Translations under genes and position numbers: made by a program | From: Raillietiella orientalis | Lineage: Eukaryota | Length of the DNA: 64,000 nt | Direction: 5' to 3' | Assembly: GCA_036172245.1 (NCBI GenBank) | Contig: JAYWIR010000067.1 | Location: 62,001-126,000 of the forward strand | The notes under the pieces: model-generated | The model's input: only the letters and a program-made list of their open reading frames with translations | The model's database searches: none | Told to the model about the DNA's origin: nothing | In this document: piece by piece, positions 1 to 12,400 of the stretch | Layout: each line of letters opens with the position of its first letter | How positions within the stretch are numbered: the first letter of the stretch is position 1

Positions 1-3000
1 TAGGGTAGGAGCTAAACCTCCCACGGGGCCACCCCTCTCCGCCTCCTCCCCAACGCAGGAGAGACTGAAAGAAAACCTGTGGGAGAGGAAGAGACTCTCG
101 TGATTTCCAAGCGGCAATCCGACCACCTCCAGGGGCTGCCCTGTTCCTTGGTGGCAACAGCAGAAGGGGCAGCATCAGGAACGGGGAAAGGACGGGAACC
201 ACGAGAGACCGCTGCAGGGGCGGCTGAATAAATCCGCAGCGGCATTGACGACAAGACGCGCGAGGGTGACAAAAAAGTGGTGGGGAGGCTCCAGTAGTCG
301 TCCACGCAAAACCTGGTGATGCTGCCACTCCTGCCGGCGGCCATCACCGCCGTACCTCTCTGCGCGGGAGGACTGCGAGATGATGGCGCTGTCGACCCGA
401 CCCTAGCGGCTACCGCAGCCGTTCCCCGTGCCATCGTGCAATTCGTTCCTCCGCTGCCACATGGCGTTGCCTTTCCCTGTGGTCGTTTCCTTCGGCTCCA
501 CCAGGAGCATCGGCCACTCCCCGCGTTTGAGTGGGCCGCGCGCCGCTGATTGGCTCGTTCAAAAATTTCGCAGCGAGGACTTCTAGGAGCTCTCTTAACT
601 TCCTTTTCTTCCTCTCCCTTCCCGTCTGCTTCAAGGAGCTGGCACGTTCGGTCCAAGAGTCACGGGTGTGGAAGTGGACAGCTGGGATGGCGCGCTAGCT
701 TCCGGGAGCGAAGAGGTCGGGTAGGTCTTCGCGACGAGGGGGCAAAAGAGTTTACAGACCTCCGACGGGTCGGCTGACGCCTTCACACTTCGGAACGCAA
801 TCGCCACGTGCGCCGCCTTGCGCACGCGTACATCCGCTGCGTCCAAGCCACAACGATAAAAAGAAAAAGCGAGACAGATCAAAAACACGCACGCACACAG
901 CAGCAACAACAACAGGAGAAAACGGGAACGAAAGAAAATAAAAAGTTTTCAGCAGCGAGCGCACGTGATAAGTCGTCATGGCGTGCCACCTCGCGTTCGT
1001 GATTGTACGCCGTGTTTGTGTGAGGGGCAACATCCGGTCGTCAAGGCGATGCGTGTCGCCTTGGTCATTCAGAAATTTGCCGCACGCGTTCCTGATCTTC
1101 CGCACACAATTTCCATGAAAGTCCCGCGGAAAAACAAACAAGCAAACAAACAAGAGGAAGGCACGGCAGCAAGAAATTCCACGCAAGCGTGAGAAATCGA
1201 GATGAAGCGACGGCGGCGGAGCAGCGGCAGTCGTTCGCCGCCAGTCCCATCGACGCGCGCCAACAACTGCACGTCGGACTGTCAGGCATGTGCCCACCGC
1301 CTGCGCGCCTTTCCCCTGCCACGGTGCCAGCAGGGTGGAGCCGCCTTCCTTCCCGTCAGGTAGTCAGAAAAGCACAGAGAGATGCGGCGAAGGCAACAGG
1401 AAGAGCGCAGTGAGCAAGAAGGATAAAAAGAGGCAGGCAATCTTCCTAACAGTTTCTCAGAAGCTCAGCCCAATCCCAGGTACATCCCCAAGGGGTAGCA
1501 GTTCCGTACCGACGCCACAGAAGGGACGCACTTTGGAAACGTTCCGAAGTCGGTCGTCCTGACCCCGGGAGGGAAAATGCGACCTCCGCCGAGGGAAGAA
1601 ATCTGGATAGCAACCGCTCTTCTGGTTCTCCTCCCACGCTTGCTCCTCTGCACGGGTTTGTCTCAATAGGGAGAGCTGACCCTTTCCCTGCTTCCACTGG
1701 CTGCCGAAGGGAAGGGAAAGAGATCAGCTGCCGTACTCTTCGGGAGTTTTGGGCTTCGCTGGAGGTAGCAGCAGAGAGGTGAAAGAGGAGGAGGGCGAGA
1801 AGCTCTGGGTTGTTGCTGCGACATCTTCCGTGCCATGAGTAGCACGCGATTCGTCTTGGGGGCCAGAAGCGTAAGCGCATATAGATTACCAATTACGAGA
1901 CGTGCCTCACGCTCTCACACTCGACATGCACACAAAGGGGTACGCAAAAATTCGGTAGACTCATAGCCTCTCGACAGCAGTGAGTGACCTGCAGCTGCAG
2001 CAGTACGCACGGCTTTCTTTTTTAAGGGGAAGGAGGAGGGGGGGGAGGTCACGTCTGTCTTTTTCTTTTCTTGTCTTTGTCTGATCTCTTTTCCATTTGC
2101 AACCAGAAGCCGGCGCGCCTTCCAGGAACGCAAATCGGCTTCCAGGGTTTTCCTTGATGTTAGCAGTCCATTTCCGGTCATGTCGATAGCATCTCTCTTG
2201 ATCGCGCACTCCTTTGTGTCGCCTGACGGTAAAACTGACAGCAGAAACGGGGAAAAACCCAGGTGGAGTACCGCTGAACCCTGCGGCTCCACTTCGGTGT
2301 GCTCCCAGGGCGAACGGATAAGCGCGCCCGCCTGCAGTGGGGAAGAACTTCCGGCTTCCCTGCCGATCGACTTCCACAGCACACCAAGAACAAGGCAGTG
2401 GGGGTGCAAGCAAGAAAACAGGCGTGCAGCGCTGCGGTTCATCTTCGACTAACGCGAAGAGAGAGAGAGCTGCTTTAACTCGGCTGGTCTCGTCAGCCAG
2501 AAACCGACGGCCTGAGACGACCAGGAGAGGATCCATTTGCTGGATTGTTCGTGCGGCGGACACCGAAAAGGGGCTTCACATACCAGGAGTTACTCTGGAT
2601 GGCGTTAATATTAAATAGTACTTTCCCTTTTCCCGCATCACAGGGTAACTTTTCTGCAACAGGAACGGGAAGCTTCACCTCACACTGAGGCTGCACACGA
2701 GACGAGCCTACTTGGCTTTTCGCTTTTCCAGCCCGTCCTAGGCCGCCGACCTATTTTCGGCGAACAATGCGTGCCGCGACGAATGAGCATTGTTGAAGCG
2801 TCGGCCTGGCGACGCGCTCGTCTCTAAGGTGAAGCGAAAACCGTGAAAAGCTATGTTAAGCAGTCTTGTGCGTGCAGAGGAGAGATAAGGATCTTCTCTT
2901 TTTTTAAAAAAAAAAAAAGATAAAGAAAATTGATTCAACTTGTGATTCAACGCGAAAGTGTGTCTGATTGCGGCAGAACGAGAAATACAAAGATAAAGGT

Positions 3001-5664
3001 TAAAAAATTCCTCTTTCGTGAAAGAATGAGCGCTGACGTTTGCGGCCAAATGGACGGCTAATCACATGTTGAAGGAGGCTCACATGATGAGAATGTACGA
3101 GCACGGCTGAGCTGAGTCATGGAATCGTCGCTTCACGCATCGACCAGGACAAAAGACGCCAAATGCGATCCAAGACAAGGAAGGGGAGCAACAAAGTCGC
3201 CGATTAAGATGGAAGATTTCAAGATCACTTGGGATCGCACCGGGTGCAGACGACCGCCATCGATCCCAGTCTTCCACTGGATGGAAGAACGAAAAAAACT
3301 CTGCCGTATCGAAAGCGAGCGACCATATTCCTTGCCGTAATAGTATTGGTTACCACACTTCAGTGCATCCGGTCCAGTGAAAAGGTGTGGCGGAAGAAAA
3401 ATGCTTTGAGATGCGATCGGATTTTTACCCTTCCAGTTTTGCTGTCATTTAGCTTGTACGGTTCACGTGTGATACGAGGAATACGTCTCTTCCTCTCTCT
3501 TTCTTCCCCCCCCCCCCCTTCCGCTACTGAGCGGCCCTTCCGACGCAGCTTGGAAAAACCCGGCGCATTCGCTGCCAACGCAGTTGAGCACGAGAGACGT
3601 CTATCGCGATTCTGTGTCGCGAGGGATGCTGCCAGCCGAATAACATCGGGGACTTCCAATTCCTTTCCTCACCGCTGAGAATGCCGTTGGACAATTTAGA
3701 GAGCACCGCCCCTCACGCGCATTCGACGATTCTGCGTAGACGTTGGCGACTGGAGGTGGCTCTCAAAAGTCTAGACATGCAACCCGATGGAACCTTCGGG
3801 TTGCGTGTCAGGCTGCTGCTGACATCACTGTTGGGAAAGAGGGTTCCCCTTTCTCTTGAACGGGAGAAGCTGAGGAAGAAGAAATCGTTTTGTTTGCTGC
3901 TGCTGCTGCTGTCTCGTGAAGCAGACCGGCAACCAGCTTGCCTCCCGGCATACACGCGCGCATCCTCTTCACGAGACGGACCGGCCGTTATTCCACCCTC
4001 TCGACCCGCACACCCGCCGGACGTCCACTGGGTGGGTCCTGGAGCGGCCCTCAGAAAGGGCTCCGCCGGAGAAAGTGCGAACGCGCGTTGTTCGAATGCT
4101 CTTTCCGGTCGGAAAATTTTCCTCCGGCAGACGTCTGCAAAGGATCCGAGATGCAGATAAGGGGGAGCAGCATCCAATGGAAAATCCTTTTCCGAAACCG
4201 ACGACACAACTGAATTTATGCTTGTCTTTTTTCCCCTCCTAACCCCCTCCGCCCTTTCCAGGCGGCTCTGGGAGATGAATCGTTCGGTGACTGACGAGGA
4301 GAACGGGAGGAAGAAGGAGAAGTTGGAAGAGGAAATCGTCCTTGCTCCACCCACGGCACCAGAAGATGCAAGTGGCGGTGGCGGCCACTGCCACGCCTTC
4401 CCGAGAAAAAAAAACTCGGCAGGTCGGCGCTTTCATCACGTAGGTCATTGCGGCGATGGAAACCACCCGCGCGCGAGTGGGGCGAGGGCGAGAAAGGAGG
4501 CAGCAGGGGGAGCAGAGATCTGCGGTTCCGGTGGAGGCCGGTCGAAGAGTAGCGCGCTCGCTACCGCGTGCTTCTCCCTTCACCCCTCCCCTCCCCGAAC
4601 TCACTCCGGGAGATCCTTTCCTCCCCCTTACCTTCCCACGCCTCCACCGCCGGCCTCTCCTGCGCGGCGTGCGCATCGCCAATCGCTTGACCCCTCCGCC
4701 GTGCTTGGGTGGATCCAAGGGATGGAACCCTTCGTGCGAGGAAGGGGTCCCGATGCAGGGAGATGGGGGGGGAGAAGGAAGGATCCACAGCTCTTTGAAC
4801 CGCAGCCTCTGGAAGATGCGAAGATGCCCGCGCACGAGGGCGCCCCGGGATGATGAAGCGAGGCGCCTCCTTCCACCGTTCCTTCCCTCCCGGGAACCCT
4901 CCTGCGCCTCGCATTTCCCCTCTCGGAAGCCAAAAAACCGGATCTCCGGAAAGGAAAACACTCCGTCGCCCTAGCAACCGCTTTCGCCCATTGCGGCGGT
5001 ACATCCATCTATCCCACTTTTCGCGCGCCGATGCGGCACGGTAGGTGCGTATCGCTCCGTCCACACCACCGCCCTCTCTGAGTGCTCGCGCGCGCGAGAG
5101 AGAGAGAGGGGGGGGGAGAGGAGGAAGGGGAGAGCGCGAAGACGGACGGACACATGCGAAGTGCTAGCGGCCTCTCCTTGCGGACATTGCGGCATTAGAG
5201 AGACCACCGTAAGGGGCAGAAACGATCTTCCGCGGAACGAAGACGACTGTTCCCCCCCTCCCGCACCCCCCGTCTTGGCCTCTTTTCTGCCCCCCCTCCT
5301 CCTTAAGCAGAGGAGCGCGCGAGGACGGACCTCACGGTGACGCCCCTCCGCCGCGGGAGACCACACCTGGAAGAAGGGAGGCGCGGTCCGCGCTTCTGAG
5401 TGACCTCCCCACTCGCCCGCGAGCACGCGCGCTCGCGAGCGGAACGTTCCCTGCGGTGTTCGCGTAGGGAACGAGCAGCGCCAGGAGCTCACGAGCGCCA
5501 CGGGCGGCACGCGAGATCGTTGCGAGGGAATGCGAGGACGAGCGTGGTCCACGCGCCGAACGCCGACTCGCCGCCGCCGCAGCCACCCCGAGGACTGGCA
5601 GGACTGCCCCCTTCCCACAGGACCGCGAAGGGGGGGGAGCCGAGACTCGGAGGGGGTGACTCAC

Positions 5665-5967
5665 CGATCTTGGCCAGGGTGGCGCTGAAGACCCAGATGG
5701 CGATGATGAAAGGCGTCTGCACCCGGTGGAAGTCCAGGGAGGCCACATGGAAGGCGTCCGCCTTGCCCGCGGGATCGTCCTGAGGGGCCTCGCTCGTGGT
5801 CTCATCCAGGGCGTTCTCCTCGGCTCCGCCGGCGTCGTCAAGGAAGCCTGGAGGGGGCAGCAACAGGGGAAGGGGAGGTCCAAGAGCAGGAGGCTCACGC
5901 TGGAGATCAGGGCGGGAGGGGAGGAGGTACCTGTGACCGGACACGCCAGCAACAGCAGCAGCGCCAT
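5665..5967 (-). CDS. Nhe2: SLC9A-family plasma-membrane Na+/H+ exchanger, 5' coding exons (exon 5967-5931, 83-nt intron, exon 5847-5665); gene continues beyond what I can find in the window
   Basis: Spliced translation MALLLLLACPVT-G-FLDDAGGAEENALDETTSEAPQDDPAGKADAFHVASLDFHRVQTPFIIAIWVFSATLAKI-G matches the conserved NHE first membrane segment (F..V.TPF.I..W...A..AKIGFH). Donor ACAG|GTACCT at 5931/5930, pyrimidine-rich acceptor CCCCCTCCAG| at 5848/5847, donor ATCG|GTGAGT at 5665/5664. Paralogue name is tentative; start codon uncertain. Confidence 0.85.
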
Positions 5968-6304
5968 TAGCAGCGACAGCGGAGCCAACGCTGGCGCGAC
6001 CGCCGTCCTCGGCGGCTGCCGTCGCAGGGAAGTGTCGTCGCCTCCGGGAGGAGATGGCGGCCCGCGGGGCCAGATCACCGGGGGCGCGCACGTGCTCCTC
6101 GCCCTCCTCCCCCTGTCCGCCGCCAGAGCGCGGCAGCCGGGGAAGGAGGGCGGGGGTATCCGCTCATCGCGCGTCACCACGGCGACGGCGCGAGCTTGCG
6201 GCCGCGCAGGCGTATCGGCGTCGTCCTCACCGCTCGCTCCGTTCGCTACACGCAGCTGCAGCGCCTCACGAACAGCGCGCCACCCCCCACTCGCACGAAA
6301 GCGC

Positions 6305-6367
6305 GCGAATGACGGCTGCCTGGCGCCTTTTATAGGAGAGGGAGAACGCCGCTCGGCGTCTGATTGG
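6305..6367 (-). promoter_or_regulatory. Putative Pol II core promoter of the NHE gene (CCAAT box, TATA box, Inr-like)
   Basis: Minus strand: CCAAT at 6367-6363, TATAAAA at 6334-6328, TCATTC at 6312-6307, correctly ordered and oriented toward the NHE exons in otherwise very GC-rich DNA. Confidence 0.6.
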
Positions 6368-7349
6368 CTGGCGGCTGCGGAGTAGCCCGACGGCGACTCG
6401 GAGAGGCGCTCCCGAGACGGGAGCGGAGGAAACCTACGTCTCGCCTTCCCTGAAGTCGCCCTAGGGCACGCTCGCGGCGAAACTTCGCCGAGACGACTCT
6501 CCTCTGTTCCCCTCCTCCCGCTTTGCCCGACTGTCTGGCCGCCTCGGCTGCACTCCCCACCACCCGCCACTCCCACCCCTTCTTCCCGTTCTAGCCGTCG
6601 GCACGGGAAACCGTTTTCCTGCTCACCGGCGACTCCGCCTTTTCAGAGCGGCAGGTCGAGTCGGCAGGGAAAAGGGGGGAGGGAAGGGATCCTGGGTCCC
6701 GAGCAGGGACAATGCACTCCTGAAAGCTGCTGTGGGAACCGGGGAAGCACTTCCGTTAGCCCTCGCCACCGGCAATGAGGTCTTCGCGCATGCGGCAAGG
6801 TCGCGGCCCTCTTCGACTCTTCTCCCGGCTTTCGGCAGCGATACCAGGTCACTCAGTGGTCCGACGCTTGCCTCCCGCTCGCCCCAGGTTGCCAAGATGA
6901 ACGTGTGTGCTCGTGAGGTCGAGGAGCAATGCGGCTGCTCTGCTAGGACGGATGCCTGTAGGAGATCACGGAAGGACGAGGCTGAACGAACATGGCCCTA
7001 GTGTCACCTCTTAGCTCGTTGAATGCTGGTTGCCGAACTGGACGCCCTTTGTGAGGGAAGGGAACGATGCAGCTGCGCGAGCGAAAGTCTCTCTCGGGGT
7101 CGACAGGGCAATGCGCTCGCTAGGTCGTCCGGTGCCCAGAGACCCCTCCAAAAAAAAGAAAGAAAGAAGTCCATGTCGGCGATGCTTCCTTCTCGGCGGT
7201 CGTGGGGGGGAAGACCTTTGCCTTGGCAACCGAAGAATTCTCAAGGCTGGAAGGCCGATGATCGTGACCGCTTTGACTCGCTATGCTGTTGCAGGGCGGA
7301 GAAAATTCTCCGACAGCTGTTGGACCGAGGAAGAGGTCAACAGGAATAG

Positions 7350-8200
7350 CACTGGACTGGGATCGAAGGCGAAGACCAATGTAGGCGGCGGCGGCTCGTC
7401 AAGCTCGGATTGGCTACAAGTGTGTGGTGGTCGTCCTCAAATCCGAGGAGGAGGGACGAGAGGTGGACATCGGGAAGCAAGACGGTGCCCACATCCCGCT
7501 ACCCTCGAGAGAAGCGGGATCTTGGCTACTGAACGATGGGGAACGCTCCGTTGATGCGGAGGACCAGGAGTGTGGCGCATGCAGCATGGGGCTCTCACTC
7601 TTGTAGGACGGACTCTGGGCGACGGTGGCTACGTGGGCTTGTCGACCAGGAAACGTCTCCCCTTCCAGAGGCAGGGAAAAGTCCTCCTCTTCCACGTAGG
7701 ACAGGTTCCTCCAGAACGGTTTTCGAAGAGTATTTCTGATCCCTCCTTTCTCTGGTACTCCTTCGACTGGAGCCTATCCTGGTTGACTGGCACTGCTCAG
7801 CTGGGTGAGCAGTTGGATCCTGCGGCTCTTCCAATGGCAAAGTTCTCGATAGAATGAATACCATCTTGATGGAGATCAAGAAAGAGAAAGCACGCTGTTC
7901 CGTTGACGACGCCGAGGACTCCTCTCTGCCTCTCCTCTGTTTCCAAAGGAGACGCCGCGAATCGCCTCAGAACAAGCTGCGGTTGCCGGACTAGAGGGGG
8001 AAGCAGTCCGCAGCTTCGCGAGTCGACACTTCAGAGGGAAACTCCTTGGAAGATGCCGAGAGGTTAGAATCGAGGAAGCAATCCGTGTCTCTCGGCAGTC
8101 TGTTGTGATGGCGGTCCAACCACATCCTGAGCTCGGAGAATTCGCCGCTCTGAATATGCTGGGGAGCAGATATGTATCTGAAAAGAGGCCTCCGGAGAGA
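7350..8200 (+). mobile_element. Highly decayed LINE ORF1/ORF2-start relic
   Basis: Broken zinc-knuckle-like peptides (RGGHREARRCPHP, QECGACSMG) followed by EFAALNMLGSR, resembling the (T/S)LNVRG start of an APE endonuclease. Weak, by eye. Confidence 0.3.
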
Positions 8201-8337
8201 GGCACGAAACACTGTGCCTTCGCACGTGCAAAGCGTTGCTTCTACCTCCTGAGAGAATGTGATTGCTGCCTTTCACAGAAAGTAATACAATCGCAGCTCT
8301 CTGCACAAACATGAACCATTATCTAAACCTCAAAAAA

Positions 8338-8447
8338 CATTGTCGTTCAAATGTAAACTCACTGCTGTTCGGATATAAACTCATTTTTGTTCAGATACGA
8401 GCGCATTGTTGTTCGAACATAAACTCATTGTTGTTCGGGTATAAACA
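8338..8447. repeat. 22-bp minisatellite, 5 copies
   Basis: Units cattgtcgttcaaatgtaaact / cactgctgttcggatataaact / catttttgttcagatacgagcg / cattgttgttcgaacataaact / cattgttgttcgggtataaaca. Confidence 0.85.
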
Positions 8448-9005
8448 CCGTCTATACTGCTTCTGAGAAACCATTGTTGTCGAGTTCCCAAACGTTGCCT
8501 TTTATCTTCCGCATAGGAGGACACTGTTGTCTACCTTCAGTAAAAATGCCTCCGGCTCTTTCCTACATTTTCAGTCGACACAGCTAGAGTATGTTTTGGA
8601 AGGGACCATGAAATCCAAGGAAAGAGATCTCCAGCAACAAGAAACCATAGAATTCTCCCTGACACCTGTTTCGCTCTTTCCGTCTCAAAACATACAGAAC
8701 GCCATTTGATCTCCCTGCAGAAGGCAAGCGAGCCAACTAGAAATCCTCCACTGTGCAAACCAAGAAGGAGTCTTTCCCTTTGCTCTGGAAATCGCAGCTT
8801 CTCTATGCTGTGTCCACGAATGGGTCTGCTGTTACCTATGATCTCCCTTCCTCCACCTCCGGAAGAGAGTTACATCCATTCACAGCGTACTCCTAGACAG
8901 CAAAACAGATTTTTACCTCAAGGAAGATTCAAGGAAGGTCTGCAAGGAAGGAGCAAGTGGAAGAGGACGAGGGGTGCTCCAAGGGTAACTCGAGGGTTTC
9001 CGCGG

Positions 9006-9471
9006 TGGTGCGGAACGCCCGCCGAAATGCGCCTCCTCGGGTCTTGCGCCTCGATTTACTGCGGCGGAGGAGGTGGCACACCTGCCCGGGCAGAAGGGCC
9101 AGCCGTCCTCGGTCACGCGCACCGCGCTTTTCCGGAAACCGGTTGTCCTCCCTCCGAGCAGCGCCAGCGATTTCCCGCCGCTGCCAAGACGGGGCCCAGC
9201 GGTCCCGTTGCCGGAGAGACCTTCTCCCGCTCCTTCCCTCACGGAGCTGAGGCGGCGCATCTTCTTCCCTGCCCTCCCCGCGTCGCCGTCTCGGAAGCCG
9301 GCGGCGCTGGAGCGCACGTGAATCTCATCGGAGGCGTTCCTGCGCGCCCGAGATGCGGACGGACGCCCTTCCTCCCTGCGCTCTGGGGAGGGAAGGCTGC
9401 GCGTCTCCCAGAAAACGAGGAGGGCAACTTCCCGCCTGTTTGTCATTCTCCGCGCCGGGAGGAACGTCAGC
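9006..9471 (+). repeat. 466-bp inverted repeat, left arm (partner 16194-16659)
   Basis: Reverse complement of 16194-16659 with only about 4 differences seen; ORF track shows near-identical peptides on opposite strands. Confidence 0.95.
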
Positions 9472-9496
9472 GGCAGGATCGCGCGTGTGCCGTTGG

Positions 9497-9796
9497 ACGA
9501 CGGCTGATTTGGCGACTCAAGTGTCCTGACGGGTTGCCTCCAGCGCCGCGGGAGAATTTTCCTCCTCCCACCGATGTAGAGAAGAGCTCGAGAAATCGGC
9601 AGCGGTTCGGAGATGCGCTCTGGGAAGAGCCTTCGCGTGGTCCACGATTTCACCGGTAGAGAGCTCTTCGAAGAGCCACTCCGAGAATGGTCCACGGATT
9701 CGGCGCCATGGCAGCGCACCTTTTGCGCGCCGCTGCCACCTGCATTCGCCGATTTCCAGTCGACAGAAGCGTTTCCATGGTGCCGTTGCATTCAGA
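9497..9796 (-). mobile_element. LINE ORF1-like relic; direct repeat of ~14940-15213
   Basis: Shared blocks ggagaattttcctc, gatgcgctctgggaagagcc, cacggattcggcgccatggcagcgcacctt. Minus translation EPLP..LLYIGGRRKIL...RQPVRT resembles the pre-knuckle segment of L1/Tx1-type ORF1. Repeat certain, identity tentative. Confidence 0.5.
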
Positions 9797-9829
9797 GGGG
9801 GTAGAAAGGGAGGTAACGGTGTTGCCGTT

Positions 9830-10500
9830 GCGCTGCTCGCAGTGTGGTGGAAGCCGGACGAGCGGTCAGCGTGCTCATCGACTTTCCCAAAGGACTGTGG
9901 GAACGTCACGAGCACGTGGGCTGCAGCAGCTGGTTGCCAGGGAGTGGTTCCGCTTGGACGCGAGGAACCAATCCGCCCCGGGTTCGTCAGTCAGCGCTTC
10001 CTGATCCGACCAGGAGAGCATCCCCTCTACTAGGACAGTCTACGTCTCCCTCTCAGAGGGCTCAGGGTGCCGAATTCCCGAGGTGTTCACGGACGCATCG
10101 GACCTGGCGCCGCTGCTCGGGATGTTCACGGGAGCACCTATTTTTCCCCTCAAGTGACAGGGGTTGTCGCGCTGTCGATGCACCCCCGAGTGGTCGGTCT
10201 CGCATCCAACGCCCGTCAGAATCATTGAACCAGGGGGAGGGTGAACCCAGCTGCCGAGAGCAGCGGAGGACGGGACTCCTTCTGGTCCCTTCTTGTCGAT
10301 CGTGCTTCCCTCCGGTTCCCTTGGGAACGCTTACTGCGGATCGCAACCGGATCGTCTCACTACGACAGCATGTAGCTAGAACGGGCCTGTGGCAGGCATC
10401 CTGGGGAGATTGCAGAGGACTCTCTCCAACAGTCCCTAAACGGCCTGAAGTTTTCATACATTCATTTTATTTATTTATTTTTTATTTTCTTTCTACTTTT
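9830..10500 (+). mobile_element. L1/Tx1-like LINE 3' fragment (decayed)
   Basis: Peptide GRVNP...RDSFWSLLVDRASLRFPW parallels the zf-RVT copies at 46.4 and 49.2 kb; DNA ggcatcctggggagattgcagaggactctctcc matches the 48.9-kb copy; followed by a T-rich tract. Confidence 0.55.
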
Positions 10501-10879
10501 CGTGCATTTGCGATTCGAAACGGATCAAAGCAGGGGAGGGGAGGGGGGGGGGAGGATGCATTCCGTGCTGCGATGGCAACGAGTGGTTATTGAAAACTGC
10601 GGACCACGTGTTGAGCTGTTGACGTTCGCCAATTCTTCCCGCCCCAGAAGTCACGCGGAAGTGCGCACTCTGGGTTTACCACCCGCAGAGAGTTGTTAGA
10701 CTCGGATTAGTTTCCGTGCAGACAGGGGGGGTTCTTCACGTGTGATCGGGGTCTCCGCCGCCGCAGCTGCGGGTGGTGCGCTCGCGCAGCGGTCTGCGAA
10801 CGCGTCTCCGCGAAGGAGCGTGCAGCGCCACGAGGCGCCCTCACGAAGCGGATCTCCTGGAAGACTCCTCACCTGCCCG

Positions 10880-11470
10880 TCAAGAAGTCGATGAGGGTCG
10901 ACCTCCGGGTCCTTCCAGGAATCACGGAGTGAAAGCTCCCCTCCGGTTGTGAAGGAGCGGACCCCCCATTCCGGGGGACCCCTCCGCGTCTGACTGATGG
11001 AGTAGGTGTGTCGCCACCACCTCTCCAGAAAGTGCAGAGACGAGAACCGATCCCTTCGGGGAAGCTGCGTCCTTCTGAATTTCGGAAGCGTCCCTTCGGG
11101 ATTCTCTTCAGAGGAGTAAACAGGAGCGGATCCCTTGTGGGGGATCCCTCTGGAGAAGAAATTCCAGGATCGGATCCTTTCCGGGTTCCCTTCAGAGAAG
11201 TAAAACTGGAGCGGATCCCCCAAGGGTCTCTTCGGAGAGAATAAGGAAGGAGATTCCCTTAAGGATCCCCCCTTCGGAGACAATCAGGGTGAAGGTGATC
11301 TCCATTTCCGGGGATCCCTCCCCCGGAGCAAGAGGAACGGACTCCGAGTTTTTCCTGGACTAATAGGGCGGATCCCTCCCGGGGTACCCCCTATCTTGAA
11401 GAATACCCACCCTCGGGTGGCGTGGAACCGTGTCGAAGAACTGCGAAGACAGAAAAGGATTTCCATCATT
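10880..11470 (+). mobile_element. Family B SINE-like repeat body with ~40-bp hairpin subunits
   Basis: Diagnostic core gtcgacctccgggtccttccagga and cctccggttgtgaa shared with copies at 37.5, 37.9, 44.1, 45.8, 49.9 kb. Confidence 0.7.
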
Positions 11471-12164
11471 TCTCCTTACCTCATTTTTCGCACGCGGACG
11501 AGATCTTCCATTGCCTCCCTCGCGCACTCTCGACAATCCGGCCCCGTTTCGTCTTCGGACTGGACAACGTTCCGTACCGGCGGACGTGACGGCGGATCTT
11601 CGCTCACGGAGAGGGACACGACTGATGGGCAGCTGCGTCCTTTAGAGGCCCTTCTGTGGCGGGAGGGTAGTCGGCCTCTCTCAGGCAGAAGCCCTCTGAG
11701 TTGGTGTACGCGCGGGAGGAGCGACCTTCAGTGCCGCACCTGCATCCGACGACCTGACCTCTTCTACAGACTGGCGCAAAAGTTCGCGACCTCGCGAAAG
11801 GCGCACTATGCAGCGGCATGGAGGATGAGATGGCGGGTTCTTCACAGGGACTAACCACGAACTACTCCTTGGCATTTAGGAACAGGGCGCTCTGACTGCC
11901 GACGTCCACTCGCCGAAGCCTGTCCGCGAGCGGCTCCCTCAACTGGCTTGATGTTCTTCGTCTTCCTGAAGGCCGCTTCCTCCAATCATCGCAGCTGCGG
12001 CCGTCGGTCTCGTCTCCATGACGACCCCGATACTGTTCTTTTCCCGCGTTCCGTCGTTGACCCCCCTCCCTCCCCCAATCTTCGAAAATCCGACAGTCGC
12101 AAGACCCGAGAAGGTCGCGTCCGCGTACGAAAGATGAGGTCATTTCTTGGAGGGCAGATGAGGA

Positions 12165-12400
12165 ACCTTCTAGGAGACCCGCCCTATGAATCCAGGACAG
12201 CTACGGGGGAGGCTAGGAAGTTACTCTCACGCTGGGAAGTGAACCCGGAAGGGAACCGTCGCCCTGGTTGTCTCCGAAGGAACTCCCTGGTTCGTGGGGA
12301 CTGCTCCTCATTTCTTGTCCGAGGGGAACCCGGAAAGGCTCCCATCTTGAATTTCTTCCCTTAAGGAAACGCCCACAAGGGCACCCTCCCACCTGAAAAC
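12165..12400 (-). mobile_element. Family B repeat fragment
   Basis: Reverse complement (cccagcgtgagag...cctggattcatagggcgg) aligns by eye with 50036-50115. Confidence 0.6.

Noticed and set aside
1..5600. Further NHE exons
   Set aside because: No GFH...PES.LLI-type continuation found in the minus-strand frames; treated as intron.
5332..6576. 414-aa ORF as a single-exon protein
   Set aside because: Only its short hydrophobic segment is plausibly coding (NHE signal exon); the rest crosses promoter and intron sequence.
11085..11335. CRISPR-like array
   Set aside because: Units are degenerate, linkers are short and homologous, no cas genes, eukaryotic context.
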